A stretch of 50,338 bases of DNA from the NCBI GenBank assembly GCA_026982515.1, contig JALSGY010000424.1, positions 1 through 50,338 on the forward strand, written 5' to 3'. Under the pieces are notes generated by a model that made no database searches, was not told the origin of the DNA, and saw nothing but the letters and a program-made list of their open reading frames with translations. The DNA comes from Paracoccaceae bacterium (GTDB lineage: Bacteria > Pseudomonadota > Alphaproteobacteria > Rhodobacterales > Rhodobacteraceae). The translations under genes and the position numbers were made by a program. Below are positions 34,053-44,360 of this stretch, piece after piece; positions within the stretch are counted from its first letter, which is position 1; the number at the start of each line of letters is the position of its first letter.

Positions 34053-35072
34053 ATGGGCAAGCGAATTCTTCTGACTGGCGGGGCCGGGTTCATCGGTTCG
34101 CATACCTTTGTGGCTTTGGCTGAAGCCGGTCATGAGGTCACGATTCTCGACAGTTTCGAGAATGCGCATCGGGATGTTCCCGGGCGCCTGGCGCAGATTG
34201 TCGGGCAGCCCGTCGATGTGATCGAGTGCGATATCCGGGATGCCAGGGCTCTGGACGGCGCTTTTTCCGGGCGCGGGTTCGATGCGGTCGTGCATTTTGC
34301 CGCCCGCAAGAGCATCGCCGAGGGCGAGGCCGATCCGGTCGGTTATTACCAGAGCAACTGCACCGGGCTGATCAATGTCGTGGCGGCAATGCGCGCCCAT
34401 GATGTGAATGCGATCGTGTTTTCCTCGAGCGCGGCGATCTATGGCAATACCGACAGGGTGCCGATCCGCGAAGACGACGCGGTTGCCCCGATGAATACCT
34501 ATGCCCGGACCAAGGCCATCGGAGAGAACATCCTGACGGATGTTGCCCGGTCCGATCCCGGGTTTATCGTGGGCATATTGCGGTATTTCAACCCGGTGGG
34601 GGCACACCCTTCGGGGCTGATCGGGGAAGATCCGAGCCAGCCGCCTTCGAACCTGGTGCCGGTGATTGCGCGGGTTGCAAACGGAGAGCTGCCGGAACTC
34701 ATGATTTATGGCAATGACTACCCGACCCCGGACGGAACCGGTGTGCGCGACTATATTCACGTTTCGGATCTTGCGCGCGGCCATGTCCTGTCACTGGAGG
34801 CGCTACTGACACGCGGACAGGGGCATCTGGTCAACCTGGGGACGGGCCGGGGCCACAGTGTGCTGGAGGTTCTGGACGCCTATCAGGACATATGCGGGCG
34901 CAAGCTGGCACATCAGGTTGTTGCACGCCGGCAGGGTGATGCGGCAGTGTCATTTGCCGATGTTTCCCTGGCACGCGACGTTCTGGGGTTCGAGGCGCAG
35001 CATGATCTGCGGGCCATGTGCGAAAGCAACTGGCGTTTTTCACGCCGGAGTGCGTCGCCGGCCGGGGGCTGA
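34053..35072 (+). CDS. galE: UDP-glucose 4-epimerase
   Basis: Contains ILLTGGAGFIGSH, SSSAAIYG, YARTK (YxxxK) and LRYFNPVGAHPSGLIGEDP, the classic GalE signature. Confidence 0.9.
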   Translation: MGKRILLTGGAGFIGSHTFVALAEAGHEVTILDSFENAHRDVPGRLAQIVGQPVDVIECDIRDARALDGAFSGRGFDAVVHFAARKSIAEGEADPVGYYQSNCTGLINVVAAMRAHDVNAIVFSSSAAIYGNTDRVPIREDDAVAPMNTYARTKAIGENILTDVARSDPGFIVGILRYFNPVGAHPSGLIGEDPSQPPSNLVPVIARVANGELPELMIYGNDYPTPDGTGVRDYIHVSDLARGHVLSLEALLTRGQGHLVNLGTGRGHSVLEVLDAYQDICGRKLAHQVVARRQGDAAVSFADVSLARDVLGFEAQHDLRAMCESNWRFSRRSASPAGG

Positions 35073-35087
35073 AAAAGAGACTGTTCC

Positions 35088-36308
35088 ATGCGTGTTGCCT
35101 ATCTCGTCAATCATTATCCGGCCGTAAGCCACACCTTTATCCGGCGCGAAATCCGGGCGCTCGAACGCCAGGGCGTCGAGGTGGAAAGATTTGCCCTGCG
35201 CGGCTGGGACAGCGAGCTTGTCGATCCGCGCGACCGGGATGAACTGGAAAAGACGCGCCATACGCTGAAGGACGGATTGCCGCGCCTGCTGCTTGGAGCG
35301 CTGAAATGCCTGGTGCTGCGGCCGGGGCGGTTCTGGAAGGCGCTGAAACTGGCCCTGTCCATGTCGAAAAACGGGGCGCGGCCCTGGCCGTTCCACCTGG
35401 TCTACCTGGCCCATGCCTGTCGGATCGTGCAATGGCTGGAGGCAAGCGGGGCATCGCATCTTCACGCCCATTTCGGCACCAATTCCGCCGAGATCGCGGC
35501 GCTGGTCCAGGCCCTGGGGGGGCCGACATTCAGCTTCACGGCGCATGGATCGGAGGTGTTTGACGATCCGAAGGCACAGGCCCTTGAACAAAAGACCACC
35601 CATGCGAAATTCGTGGCGGCGTCCTGCGCATATATCGCCAGCCAGCTGATGTATAACGTGCCGCCTGATCTGTGGCACAAGATCAGGGTGGTCCATTGCG
35701 GGCTGCCGGAAGACGCGTTTGCCCCGAAGGCGGCTCCCTTGCCCGAACAGCCGGTGTTTCTGAGCGTTGGTCGGCTGAGTTCGGAAAAGGGGCATCTTGT
35801 CCTTCTGGAGGCCTTTTCAACGGTTCTGAAAGCACACCCGACGGCGCGGCTGGTCCTTGCCGGTGACGGGCCATTGCGGCCGCTTGTCGAGGGTCGGATC
35901 GATGACCTGGGTCTGGGGGCGGCTGTCGAGATCACGGGCTGGATCAGCTCGGACGAAGTGCGCGAGCGGATCCGCGGCTGTCGGGTGCTTGTGCATCCGA
36001 GCTTTACCGAGGGGCTGCCGGTGGTGATCATGGAAGCCATGGCACAGCGCCGCCCGGTGATTTCAACCTATATCGCGGGTATTCCCGAGTTGGTCCGGCC
36101 CGGTGAAACCGGCTGGCTGGTTCCGGCCGGCCGCGCGCGCGCGCTGGCCGAGGCCATGACCGAAAGCGCGTCCCTGCCGGCAGAGGCGCTGCAGGCGCTT
36201 GGTGATGCCGGGCATGACCGGGTCAGGATCCGCCATGATGCCGATGTCGGCGCGACGCGGCTCAGGGCCCTTTTTTGCGGGGAGCGGCCTGATGAAATCT
36301 GCCGCTAA
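35088..36308 (+). CDS. GT4-family glycosyltransferase (WcaL-like)
   Basis: N-terminus MRVAYLVNHYPAVSHTFIRREI. C-terminal FLSVGRLSSEKGH and VLVHPSFTEGLPVVIMEAMAQRRPVIST (EX7E motif). Confidence 0.8.
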   Translation: MRVAYLVNHYPAVSHTFIRREIRALERQGVEVERFALRGWDSELVDPRDRDELEKTRHTLKDGLPRLLLGALKCLVLRPGRFWKALKLALSMSKNGARPWPFHLVYLAHACRIVQWLEASGASHLHAHFGTNSAEIAALVQALGGPTFSFTAHGSEVFDDPKAQALEQKTTHAKFVAASCAYIASQLMYNVPPDLWHKIRVVHCGLPEDAFAPKAAPLPEQPVFLSVGRLSSEKGHLVLLEAFSTVLKAHPTARLVLAGDGPLRPLVEGRIDDLGLGAAVEITGWISSDEVRERIRGCRVLVHPSFTEGLPVVIMEAMAQRRPVISTYIAGIPELVRPGETGWLVPAGRARALAEAMTESASLPAEALQALGDAGHDRVRIRHDADVGATRLRALFCGERPDEICR

Positions 36309-37287
36309 ACGCGCAGCTCTCGGCCTGCTGAGTTCGGCGCCGGTGCATGGGATGTTGCGCTGGCGCGCGCTGCGAAACAAGCCGCTGACCGTTCTGTGCT
36401 ATCACACGCTGCGTCCCGACAATGAAAACCTTGATGCCTGGCTGGCCCTGCGGCTGGGTGATTTCCGCCGCCAACTGGATATCCTGCGGCGCGACTACGA
36501 TATCGTCAGCCTCGATGAAGGGCTGGAGCCTGCCCGGCCGGGCACCCGACCGCGGGCGGTTCTGACTTTCGATGACGGCGAGTGGGGACTGTATGAATAT
36601 CTGCGTCCTCTGGTCGAGGCCGAGGGCGTGCCGGTGACCGTCTATGTCGCAACCGGCCAGATCGAAAGCGGGGTGCCCTATTGGTTTGACCGGGTGATGA
36701 ATGCCTTGCAGCGCGAGGGGGCGGGGCAGATCGACCTGACGGCTGCCGGGTTGGGCCGCTGGACGGTCGGCCCGGCGCGCGGCAAGGCCCGCTGGCAGGT
36801 CATCGGCGACATACTGGAAGCGCTGAAAGCTGTGGCCCCGCCGGATCGGGAGGCCCTGGCCCAGGATGTTGTTGCCCAGGCCGGGGCAGGGGCCGGCACA
36901 GGGACAGACGCATTTTCCCCGCTCCGGCCAATGTCGGTCGAGCAGCTTCGCGATCTTGCGGCCAGCCCCCATGTGACAATCGGGGCCCACAGCCATTGTC
37001 ACAGCCTGCTGGATCAGATCCCGTTGAACGAAGCGCGCGACAGCATTGCCCGCTCACGAGAGCTTCTGCGCGCCTGGACGGGCCAGCCGGTGCGCCATTT
37101 TGCCTATCCGAACGGAAATTTTTCACCCGCGCTGGTATCTGAAATGGCGGCTCTTGGTTTTGCTTCTGCCAGTATACTTGGCGATCGGCCCGCCCCCCCC
37201 GGAAGCGACCCTTTCGCCTTGCCGCGGATCGGGATCGGCCGTTATGATGGACCCGAGCGCTTTCGGTTGCGTCTTGTCGGCATTTGA
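36292..37287 (+). CDS. Polysaccharide deacetylase (NodB-homology) family protein
   Basis: ATG at 36292 is preceded by GGGGAG and overlaps the upstream gene's end by 17 nt. Family motifs are LTFDDGEWGLY and GAHSHCHSLL, plus HFAYPNG. Confidence 0.75.
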   Translation: MKSAAKRAALGLLSSAPVHGMLRWRALRNKPLTVLCYHTLRPDNENLDAWLALRLGDFRRQLDILRRDYDIVSLDEGLEPARPGTRPRAVLTFDDGEWGLYEYLRPLVEAEGVPVTVYVATGQIESGVPYWFDRVMNALQREGAGQIDLTAAGLGRWTVGPARGKARWQVIGDILEALKAVAPPDREALAQDVVAQAGAGAGTGTDAFSPLRPMSVEQLRDLAASPHVTIGAHSHCHSLLDQIPLNEARDSIARSRELLRAWTGQPVRHFAYPNGNFSPALVSEMAALGFASASILGDRPAPPGSDPFALPRIGIGRYDGPERFRLRLVGI

Positions 37288-37423
37288 GCGGAGCAATTTT
37301 TCCGGTTTCCCGGACGTGCCCAATCAGGTGGTTCCCGTGTGACTGTATCTGACTGGTCGTCAGGCGGCACCTTTCGACGATCGGCGCTTTTTAAGCCGCG
37401 CCAAATTTCATAGTGATCAGTGC

Positions 37424-39037
37424 ATGCATAGTGAAAATGATCTTACAAGACATCGGAACCGCAAGATGAGCCTTCTCAAGGAAAGAACCGTTTTCCTGTT
37501 CATTGCGGCGGCGCTGGTGTTCGGGGCGGCCTACCGGCTGTTTCCCGTCATTGCGGGCCCCCCTGCGCTGGCGCAGTTTTTCATGACGGAAGACGGCTAC
37601 CTGATGCTGACCATTGCCCGGAACATGGCAATCGGGCTGGGAATGTCGGTGTCCGACGGCACCATCCCGAGCAATGGCGTCCAGCCGCTGGCGACATTCC
37701 TGTTTGCCCTGCCTTATCTGCTGACCGGCGGCGACAAGACCGGGGGGCTTGTCGGTGTGCACCTGATTTCTGTCGTCATTTCCGTGGCGGCGGTCTTTTC
37801 GGTGCGCGCCCTGGCGCGCGATGTGCTCAGGCCGCAGGATCCGTCCCCACTCTGGCCCTGGCTGGTGGCGGCGCTGTGGTTTGTCAGCCCGCTTTTGCTG
37901 CTGCATACGATGAATGGCCTGGAAACCGGGCTGTATACGCTCATGGTCACGGTGACCCTGTTGCTGTTCGGCCGGCTTCTGGCGCGGGGCGAGGCGGCGA
38001 CGATGCGCGATCGCCTGATCCTGGGCGGAGCCTGTGGCGTGACCTTTCTGGCGCGCAATGACGCGGTCTTCCTGATCACGGCCATATTCGCGGTCTGGGC
38101 CGTGCATGACCTGGTGACACTGCGCCGGAGCCTGGCGGATGTGGTGCTGCGCCTGATCCCGCCCGGCCTTCTGAGCGTTGCGCTTGCGGCCCCCTGGCTG
38201 ATCAACAACTACCTGAATTTCGGCTCGATCGTGCCGATCAGTGGCGCGGCCGAAGCCCGTGGCACCAGTTTCGCTGCCCATGCCGATCTGTTGCCGGCCA
38301 AACTGTTCGAACTGTTCTTCCCCATGCTGCCGGTGCCTGGCGCGCTGGAACGCAACCCGGTGTTCATGGCCGTGGCCCTGCTGCTTGTTGCCGTCATTGT
38401 GCTGAGCTTTCTTGTCGGTGTCTGGCGCCGGGGAGGGGTGATGCGGTATGTCATCGGGGCCTATGTTCTGTTCGCGCTGGCGATCTGTTTCTACTACGGG
38501 TTCACCTTTGGCGCGCCATGGTTTCTCAGCCGATACCTGTCCCCGCTTGCCCCGCTTGCAATCATCGCCAGCATTTCGGTGCTGATCGGTCTTGCGCAGC
38601 GGTTGGCGCCGGGCAACGGGGCTGCGCTGGTGCGGTTGCTTGGCGTGGCCGGGCTTGCCCTGTCTGTCGCCCTGCTGGCGCGTTTTCTTGTCCCGGGCGC
38701 CCGCGAGCAGGGGCATTTCCAGGTTGTCGAATGGGTGCAGCAGAACGTGGCGGATGAGGCCTGGGTCGGTGCCATACAGACCGGAACGCTGGGATATTGG
38801 CATGACCGGACCATCAATCTGGACGGCAAGGTCAACCCGGATGCGCTGCGGGCGCTTCAGGAAGAGGGCAATGTCCTTGACTATGTGCTGAACAGCCCGA
38901 TCGAATATCTGGCCGACTGGCACGGGATTGCCACGTGGACGACAACCGGCAACATGGGCAACACCGCATTTTCCGACAGCTTCGAGGTCGTCGTGGAAGA
39001 TCCGGCCCGCAACCTGGGAGTGCTGAAACGGAAGTGA
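37424..39037 (+). CDS. GT-C-fold-like membrane glycosyltransferase candidate (ArnT/PMT-like) with a C-terminal soluble domain
   Basis: The ~400-aa polytopic N-terminal part has an acidic first-loop motif FFMTEDGYLMLTIARNM. The C-terminal ~130 aa are soluble. The start is ATG 37424 or 37466. Confidence 0.55.
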   Translation: MHSENDLTRHRNRKMSLLKERTVFLFIAAALVFGAAYRLFPVIAGPPALAQFFMTEDGYLMLTIARNMAIGLGMSVSDGTIPSNGVQPLATFLFALPYLLTGGDKTGGLVGVHLISVVISVAAVFSVRALARDVLRPQDPSPLWPWLVAALWFVSPLLLLHTMNGLETGLYTLMVTVTLLLFGRLLARGEAATMRDRLILGGACGVTFLARNDAVFLITAIFAVWAVHDLVTLRRSLADVVLRLIPPGLLSVALAAPWLINNYLNFGSIVPISGAAEARGTSFAAHADLLPAKLFELFFPMLPVPGALERNPVFMAVALLLVAVIVLSFLVGVWRRGGVMRYVIGAYVLFALAICFYYGFTFGAPWFLSRYLSPLAPLAIIASISVLIGLAQRLAPGNGAALVRLLGVAGLALSVALLARFLVPGAREQGHFQVVEWVQQNVADEAWVGAIQTGTLGYWHDRTINLDGKVNPDALRALQEEGNVLDYVLNSPIEYLADWHGIATWTTTGNMGNTAFSDSFEVVVEDPARNLGVLKRK

Positions 39038-39084
39038 CGGGGGCTTGCGGAGGATCCGGTGGCCGGGGCGATGGGAGAGTGGAC

Positions 39085-39996
39085 ATGAAGTTCGATGAGA
39101 CGCAGCTGATGCAGGCGCGCGAAGCGCTGCTCGGCGAAGGGTCGGCCGAGCTCATCCGTTTCATGCATCATGTCAGCCTGTCACTGGACACCGGCGGCTT
39201 CCCTGCACAGACCGTTCGGCAGGCCGTTGACCTGGGCTGGATCGACGCGCAGTCCGGGCGTCCCACCGGGACGGGGGGATGTGTGGCGGATTCCTGTCGC
39301 GAATACCAGTTCTGGCTGGAACGCGCGAAAGCGCTGCCGTTCGAAGGGGCGGCACCGGGCCTGTCGCTCGAATACTTCCGGGGCAAGTCGGTTCTTGAAA
39401 TAGGGTCGGGAATGGGCGCCAACCTGATGTCGATGAGCGGGACCGCCGCCCGGGTCTGCGGCCTGGAGCCGGTGGAGTGCTATGCGCAGCTGGGGGCCAT
39501 CTTGTGTGAGCGGGAAGGGTTGCCGGCACCGGAAGTTCTGCCGGGTGCGGCCGAAGCACTGCCGTTTGGCGACAACCACGCAGAATTGATTCTCTGTGTC
39601 ACGGCGCATCAGTATTTTGACATACGCCCGGCCTTGACCGAGATTGCGCGTGTCCTGCGTCCGGGCGGAGAGCTGATCATCATCGGGGCGACGCTGGAGT
39701 CCTGTTTCAGCGAAGGGCTGGGCGAGCTGCTGCACGGGCGGCATGGCACGAAGGCCTTTGCCATCACGATCATCAATACGCTGAGCTACATGACCATGGG
39801 CCGCCGCATCATTCCCGAACGCAGCACATCGACAACGTCCCGGCCGATCTACCCCAGCCAGGCGGCCATGCATCGCTGGATGGATGCAACCGGCCTCATA
39901 CCCACCATGCCGACAGTCCGCATCGGACCCGAGACATGCTTCCGTTTCCGGTTGGCGCCAGAGGATGTCGGGGCAGCCGGGCGCCAGTTCGCATAA
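39085..39996 (+). CDS. Class I SAM-dependent methyltransferase
   Basis: ATG at 39085 is preceded by GGGAGAG. Motif I is VLEIGSGMGANL. Post-I and motif III-like segments are LPFGDNHAELILC and LRPGGELIII. Confidence 0.75.
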   Translation: MKFDETQLMQAREALLGEGSAELIRFMHHVSLSLDTGGFPAQTVRQAVDLGWIDAQSGRPTGTGGCVADSCREYQFWLERAKALPFEGAAPGLSLEYFRGKSVLEIGSGMGANLMSMSGTAARVCGLEPVECYAQLGAILCEREGLPAPEVLPGAAEALPFGDNHAELILCVTAHQYFDIRPALTEIARVLRPGGELIIIGATLESCFSEGLGELLHGRHGTKAFAITIINTLSYMTMGRRIIPERSTSTTSRPIYPSQAAMHRWMDATGLIPTMPTVRIGPETCFRFRLAPEDVGAAGRQFA

Positions 39997-40010
39997 TGTT
40001 TCTTATGTTA

Positions 40011-40031
40011 AAAGATGGCCCGTCCATCTTT
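40011..40031 (+). terminator. Weak candidate hairpin/terminator after the methyltransferase gene
   Basis: aaagatgg-cccgt-ccatcttt forms an 8-bp stem with a 5-nt loop, 15 nt after the stop codon. The stem is AT-rich and has no separate U-tract. Confidence 0.25.
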
Positions 40032-40214
40032 CCCGGCCCCGATGAGATCGGGCCATTTCGGCCCATGATGCGATGACGGGTGCCAGAATGGCGGATTATT
40101 CGTCAAACCCGGACAATTACCCATGTTTCAGCCCCCAGGACGTTGTTTTCTCGCTTCTCCCGAACAGATATCGTAAGGGCTTGCCGAAGGTATCCGCGGG
40201 ATGAAGCTGACATC

Positions 40215-41591
40215 ATGAAAAACCTGGTTTTCTCGATCCTGACCGGAGACGGGATGAAAGCCCGTGCGATCCGGGGAACGGCCCTGAGCATTATCGGCTT
40301 CGGTGGCAGTCAGGTCATCCGCCTGGGCTCCAACCTGATCCTGACGCGGATCCTTTTTCCCGAGGCCTTCGGTCTGATGGCGCTGGTGCTGATCGTTCTG
40401 GCCGGGCTGGAGATGTTTTCCGATATCGCCATCGGCCCGTCGATCATCCAAAGCGCGCGCGGCGATGAAGAAACCTTTCTGAATACCGCCTGGACGCTTC
40501 AGATACTGCGCGGCATCGTGCTGTGGCTTGCGGCCTGCGCCCTGGCCATCCCGATTGCCCATTTCTACGAACAGGATGCCCTGGCCCGGATGATTCCGGT
40601 TGTCGGGTTCAGCACGGTGATCGCCGGGTTCAGTTCGATCGGCATGTATACCGCAAACAGGCATCTTACCCTGGGGCGGCTGACGGCGCTCGAACTTGCG
40701 GCACAGGTTGTGGGAACACTTGTCATGATCGGCCTGGCGCTCTGGTTGCAGTCAGTCTGGGCGCTGGTTCTGGGCTCTCTGGCCATCGCCATGGCGAAGA
40801 CCGCGTTGTCCCATGTTTTCCTGCCCGGGCCGGGCAACCGCATAGGCTGGGACAAGTCCGCCTTCCTTGAGATCTTCCATTTTGGAAAATACATTTTCCT
40901 CGGGACGATCGCGGGGTTTTTCATCCAGCATGGCGACCGGCTGGTGCTTGGCAAGTTCATCAGCCTGGAAGAGCTTGCCGTCTATACGATCGCCCTGCTG
41001 TTTGCCGGGATCCCCCAGATGCTGAACAACCATCTGGTCAGCCGCGTTCTTCTGCCGCTTTACAAGAACAGACCACCCTCCGAGAATGCAGGCAACCGGG
41101 CCCAGATCGGACAGGCCCGGTTCCTGCTCAGGCTTGCGTTTCTCGGTCTTGGAGCGGTGCTGGCGCTTGGCGGCGAGCCGCTGGTCTCATTGCTGTATGA
41201 TTCGCGCTACCAGCTGGCGGGGCCGCTTCTGGTGCTGGTCAGCCTGTCGCTGCTGAGCAAGATCATCATCGGCGGTTATGATGCGATCCTGCTGGCCAAC
41301 GGCAATTCCCGGGATTTCACGATTCTCACCGTGGGAACCGCTGTCCTGAGGGTGATCGTGCTGCTTGTTCTGGTGCAGAATTACGGCGTGCTGGGCGCCG
41401 TTCTTGCTTCGGTCCTGATTGACATCCTGACCTATCCCGCCCTGGTCTATTTCATCCGGCCATACCGCGGGTGGTATCCCGGGCAGGACCTGGGTTTTCT
41501 CATACTGGCCCTTGCAATCGGAACGCTGGCGCTCTGGATGAGTCCGACGGCCCAAACCATGCTGGCAGATGTTTTCGCAGCCGGCGGCTAG
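40215..41591 (+). CDS. wzx: Wzx-like oligosaccharide flippase (MOP/polysaccharide biosynthesis protein family)
   Basis: 458-aa protein with about 12-14 hydrophobic segments. The N-terminus (GTALSIIGFGGSQVIRLGSNLILTRILFPEAFGLMALV) is typical of PST-family flippases. Confidence 0.7.
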   Translation: MKNLVFSILTGDGMKARAIRGTALSIIGFGGSQVIRLGSNLILTRILFPEAFGLMALVLIVLAGLEMFSDIAIGPSIIQSARGDEETFLNTAWTLQILRGIVLWLAACALAIPIAHFYEQDALARMIPVVGFSTVIAGFSSIGMYTANRHLTLGRLTALELAAQVVGTLVMIGLALWLQSVWALVLGSLAIAMAKTALSHVFLPGPGNRIGWDKSAFLEIFHFGKYIFLGTIAGFFIQHGDRLVLGKFISLEELAVYTIALLFAGIPQMLNNHLVSRVLLPLYKNRPPSENAGNRAQIGQARFLLRLAFLGLGAVLALGGEPLVSLLYDSRYQLAGPLLVLVSLSLLSKIIIGGYDAILLANGNSRDFTILTVGTAVLRVIVLLVLVQNYGVLGAVLASVLIDILTYPALVYFIRPYRGWYPGQDLGFLILALAIGTLALWMSPTAQTMLADVFAAGG

Positions 41592-41595
41592 CAGG

Positions 41596-42564
41596 TTACT
41601 TGTACTCGATCAGCCCCCGTCGGGCGCCCCGCACCCGGCCCCACCAGTAGTCGGCCACGCCCTGCGCTTCGGGCAGTTTTCCAAGAGTCAGGAAAAAGGC
41701 ATGCGCCCAGTCCCCCTCGCGCAGCCCGAGGCGCAGGACCTGGGCCGGCCAGCCCAGCAAAAGCAGCAGGGACCATGGTGTCAGAGCCAGACCGGAAAGC
41801 GCCAGAAGCGGAAGCCCGGCCCCCCAGGCCAGGGCCGAACGCACCTGCCGCACGCCATGACGTTCGGGCGGGGCCCCGTGCAGCGCGGCGCCCTCGGCAT
41901 AGGCATGGCCGGCCCGGCGATTGCGCTTCCACCACTGTGAAAACCGGCTGAGCGCCGCGTCATGCAGCGTCATTTCCTCATCCAGGCGCCAAATGGTCCA
42001 GCCGGCCGCGCGCAACCGGACGCAAAGCTCGGGCTCTTCGCCGGCAATGAGAGCGGGATTGAACCCGCCGACCTCCTGCAAGGCCTCCATGCGCATCAGT
42101 GCGTCGCCACCGCAGGCCCTGGTTTCCCCCACGGGCGTATCCCATTCCCGGTCAATCAGCCGGTTGTAGACCGAGGCGTCCGGAAAGCGCTCTCGTCGGC
42201 GCCCGCAGACCACTGCCACCCCGGGGTTCGCCCGGAGAAAGGCCCGCCCCGCCGGCAGCCAGCCGGGTTGCATTTCGCAGTCGCCGTCGATGAACTGCAC
42301 CAGCGCGGGGGGCGACCGGTGATCGGCCAGCAGCCTGAGCCCGGCATTGCGCGCCCGCGCTGCGGTGAACGGTCGGTCGCGATCAAGCTCGACCAGCCGG
42401 GCACCCTGCGCGCGCGCGGCGTCCTGGCTGCCATCGGTTGAGCCGCTGTCGACATAGATGACCTGGTCGGCCAGACCTTTTACAGAGTCCAGACAGCGCA
42501 ACAGGCGCGGCCCTTCGTTGCGCCCGATGATCACGACGCCAATTGCCATATCGGAACTGTTCAT
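41596..42564 (-). CDS. Family-2 glycosyltransferase
   Basis: The ATG at 42564 gives MNSSDMAIGVVIIGRNEGPRLLRCLDSV...VIYVDSGSTDGS...FTAARARNAG...FIDGDC. It follows the upstream Wzy-like gene's stop by a few nt. C-terminal hydrophobic segments are present. Confidence 0.8.
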   Translation of the reverse strand: MNSSDMAIGVVIIGRNEGPRLLRCLDSVKGLADQVIYVDSGSTDGSQDAARAQGARLVELDRDRPFTAARARNAGLRLLADHRSPPALVQFIDGDCEMQPGWLPAGRAFLRANPGVAVVCGRRRERFPDASVYNRLIDREWDTPVGETRACGGDALMRMEALQEVGGFNPALIAGEEPELCVRLRAAGWTIWRLDEEMTLHDAALSRFSQWWKRNRRAGHAYAEGAALHGAPPERHGVRQVRSALAWGAGLPLLALSGLALTPWSLLLLLGWPAQVLRLGLREGDWAHAFFLTLGKLPEAQGVADYWWGRVRGARRGLIEYK

Positions 42565-42571
42565 GCCGCGC

Positions 42572-44116
42572 TCATCGGGTTTTCGGCCTGTTATGTCCAT
42601 CGGCCCGGTCCCGCCTGATCCTGGCTTTCTGGCGTGTGTATCGTTGCCGCGCCGCTGGTTCCGGGGCGGGTTGTCCGGCTTGTTCCGGTTCGGGTGTGGC
42701 CGGTTCCGGCGCCCGGCGGGCATAGGCTGCACGCGCCCGTTCCGGCTCTGGCGTCGGTATTTCGGCAGGCGAGGCGTTCACATCGCGGCCCAGTTCCAAC
42801 CGGCCCCAGATCGCGCCGGCCATCAGCCAGGTCAGCGGCGTGATGGTTGCATTGGGAATGAGATCGGCCAGGTTGCCTGCAAGGATGAGAAGGAGCACCG
42901 AGGTCTCCAGGCCGATCCGGTAGTGGCGGGCATGCCAGGCCGCAAGGATCGGGGCCAGGCAGAGCAATCCGAACTCGGCAAGATACCTGACCCAGCCACC
43001 AATGCCGATGACAATGATCCAGTAGCCATCGGTGACGCTGATGTCTCTTCCGAATTCGTCATAGACAAAGCTGCGCCCCCATCCGCCCCAGCCGAAAAGT
43101 GGACGTTCGCTTGCCTTTTCCAGCAGGATATCTTCGTTTGCCAGACGAAACCCGAAAGATTCCGCGCGCTCCGGGCTGAGCCCCTGGACCCAATTGAAAA
43201 CCTGATCGACGGGAATCAGGTTGGCCCCGCGCAACATCGGATAAAGCAGAACGATCACCGCGACACCCGCAGCCACCAGCAACTGGATGCGCACGGGCGA
43301 AAACACGACAATGGGCAAGAGCAGCAGGGTAATTGCCAGCGCGCCCAGGGATTTGGCCAGAACAAGGGTCATCAGCAACCACAGGCCCGCCCCGAGATAC
43401 GCGACCTTGAGATTTCCCGTCGAAAGACGCATCAGGCCGAAAGCTGCAAGGATCGCTCCGGAAAAGAAGATCGCCAGCCACAGCCCGTGAACGAGAAAAA
43501 CGATTGGTCGGAACCCTCCTGCCCGAATATGCTGAAGCCAGCTGTGAGGGAAAAACCCGTAGATGATATTGTTCAGCTGTGGCGACATGCGCACTTCGTA
43601 AAGAGCGAGAAACGAATAGAGGAATGCCGCGACCACCAGGGCGACAAGAATGACCTGGTGGTGCTCTGGCCTGGCCAGAAGCCTGCGCCCGAGAAAAAGC
43701 GGAAGCAGCGAGACCAGAACCGTCAGAATGGCCGAAAGCGCATCCCAAAGCCGCAGGGCGGGTACGAAAGTCGCCCCGTAGATCAGTGCATCCCCGTTCG
43801 TGACCACCGTCAGGAACGTTCCGATGACGATCGCGCTCACGAGTATCTTGGGCAGCAGGCTGCGGGGCACCCAGCCGGCGGGGCCTTGTTGGTCCTTGCC
43901 TGCTCCAACCATCAGAACGACCAGGAACGTGGCGATCGCCGGCACGGTATCCTTGTTCAGTGTCGGCAGCCCCGGCAGGTTCAGTTCGGTCTGGGTCGGC
44001 AAAAGCAGGTAGCCGGCAATGATGGACGCAAGAAGGGCGACGGGTCTGGAACAGGTGCGAAACAGCACCATCACAACCAGGGGCCAACCAAACAGGGCAA
44101 TATTAGCAACCATCAC
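42572..44116 (-). CDS. O-antigen ligase / Wzy-like polymerase family membrane protein with a Pro-rich basic C-terminal tail
   Basis: Polytopic protein. A Wzy_C-like region reads HGLWLAIFFSG...LLEKASERPLFGWGGWGR...DGYWIIVIGIGGWVRYLAEFG. The tail reads APEPATPEPEQAGQPAPEPAARQRYTRQKARIRRDR. Confidence 0.6.
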   Translation of the reverse strand: MMVANIALFGWPLVVMVLFRTCSRPVALLASIIAGYLLLPTQTELNLPGLPTLNKDTVPAIATFLVVLMVGAGKDQQGPAGWVPRSLLPKILVSAIVIGTFLTVVTNGDALIYGATFVPALRLWDALSAILTVLVSLLPLFLGRRLLARPEHHQVILVALVVAAFLYSFLALYEVRMSPQLNNIIYGFFPHSWLQHIRAGGFRPIVFLVHGLWLAIFFSGAILAAFGLMRLSTGNLKVAYLGAGLWLLMTLVLAKSLGALAITLLLLPIVVFSPVRIQLLVAAGVAVIVLLYPMLRGANLIPVDQVFNWVQGLSPERAESFGFRLANEDILLEKASERPLFGWGGWGRSFVYDEFGRDISVTDGYWIIVIGIGGWVRYLAEFGLLCLAPILAAWHARHYRIGLETSVLLLILAGNLADLIPNATITPLTWLMAGAIWGRLELGRDVNASPAEIPTPEPERARAAYARRAPEPATPEPEQAGQPAPEPAARQRYTRQKARIRRDRADGHNRPKTR

Positions 44117-44360
44117 CCAAGGGGCCTCTTTTCAGGACGGGCGAAACAGACGAAAGTCGCTGCACCCGGGTCATTTTCTTGTTGAGGAACACCCGCTTGT
44201 CCCTGCGCTCTGCCCCCCATCGCGCGGTGCATACACCAAAGCTTGACCATTGTCATCAAAGCTGAGGGCCTCGTGTTGACGGGGAAAAATGCCCGTCGGA
44301 AACGGCCTTGGTTCGCTTTTGCCGGCCTGGGCTATATTCTTTTCTTGGCCAGAGGTAGAT

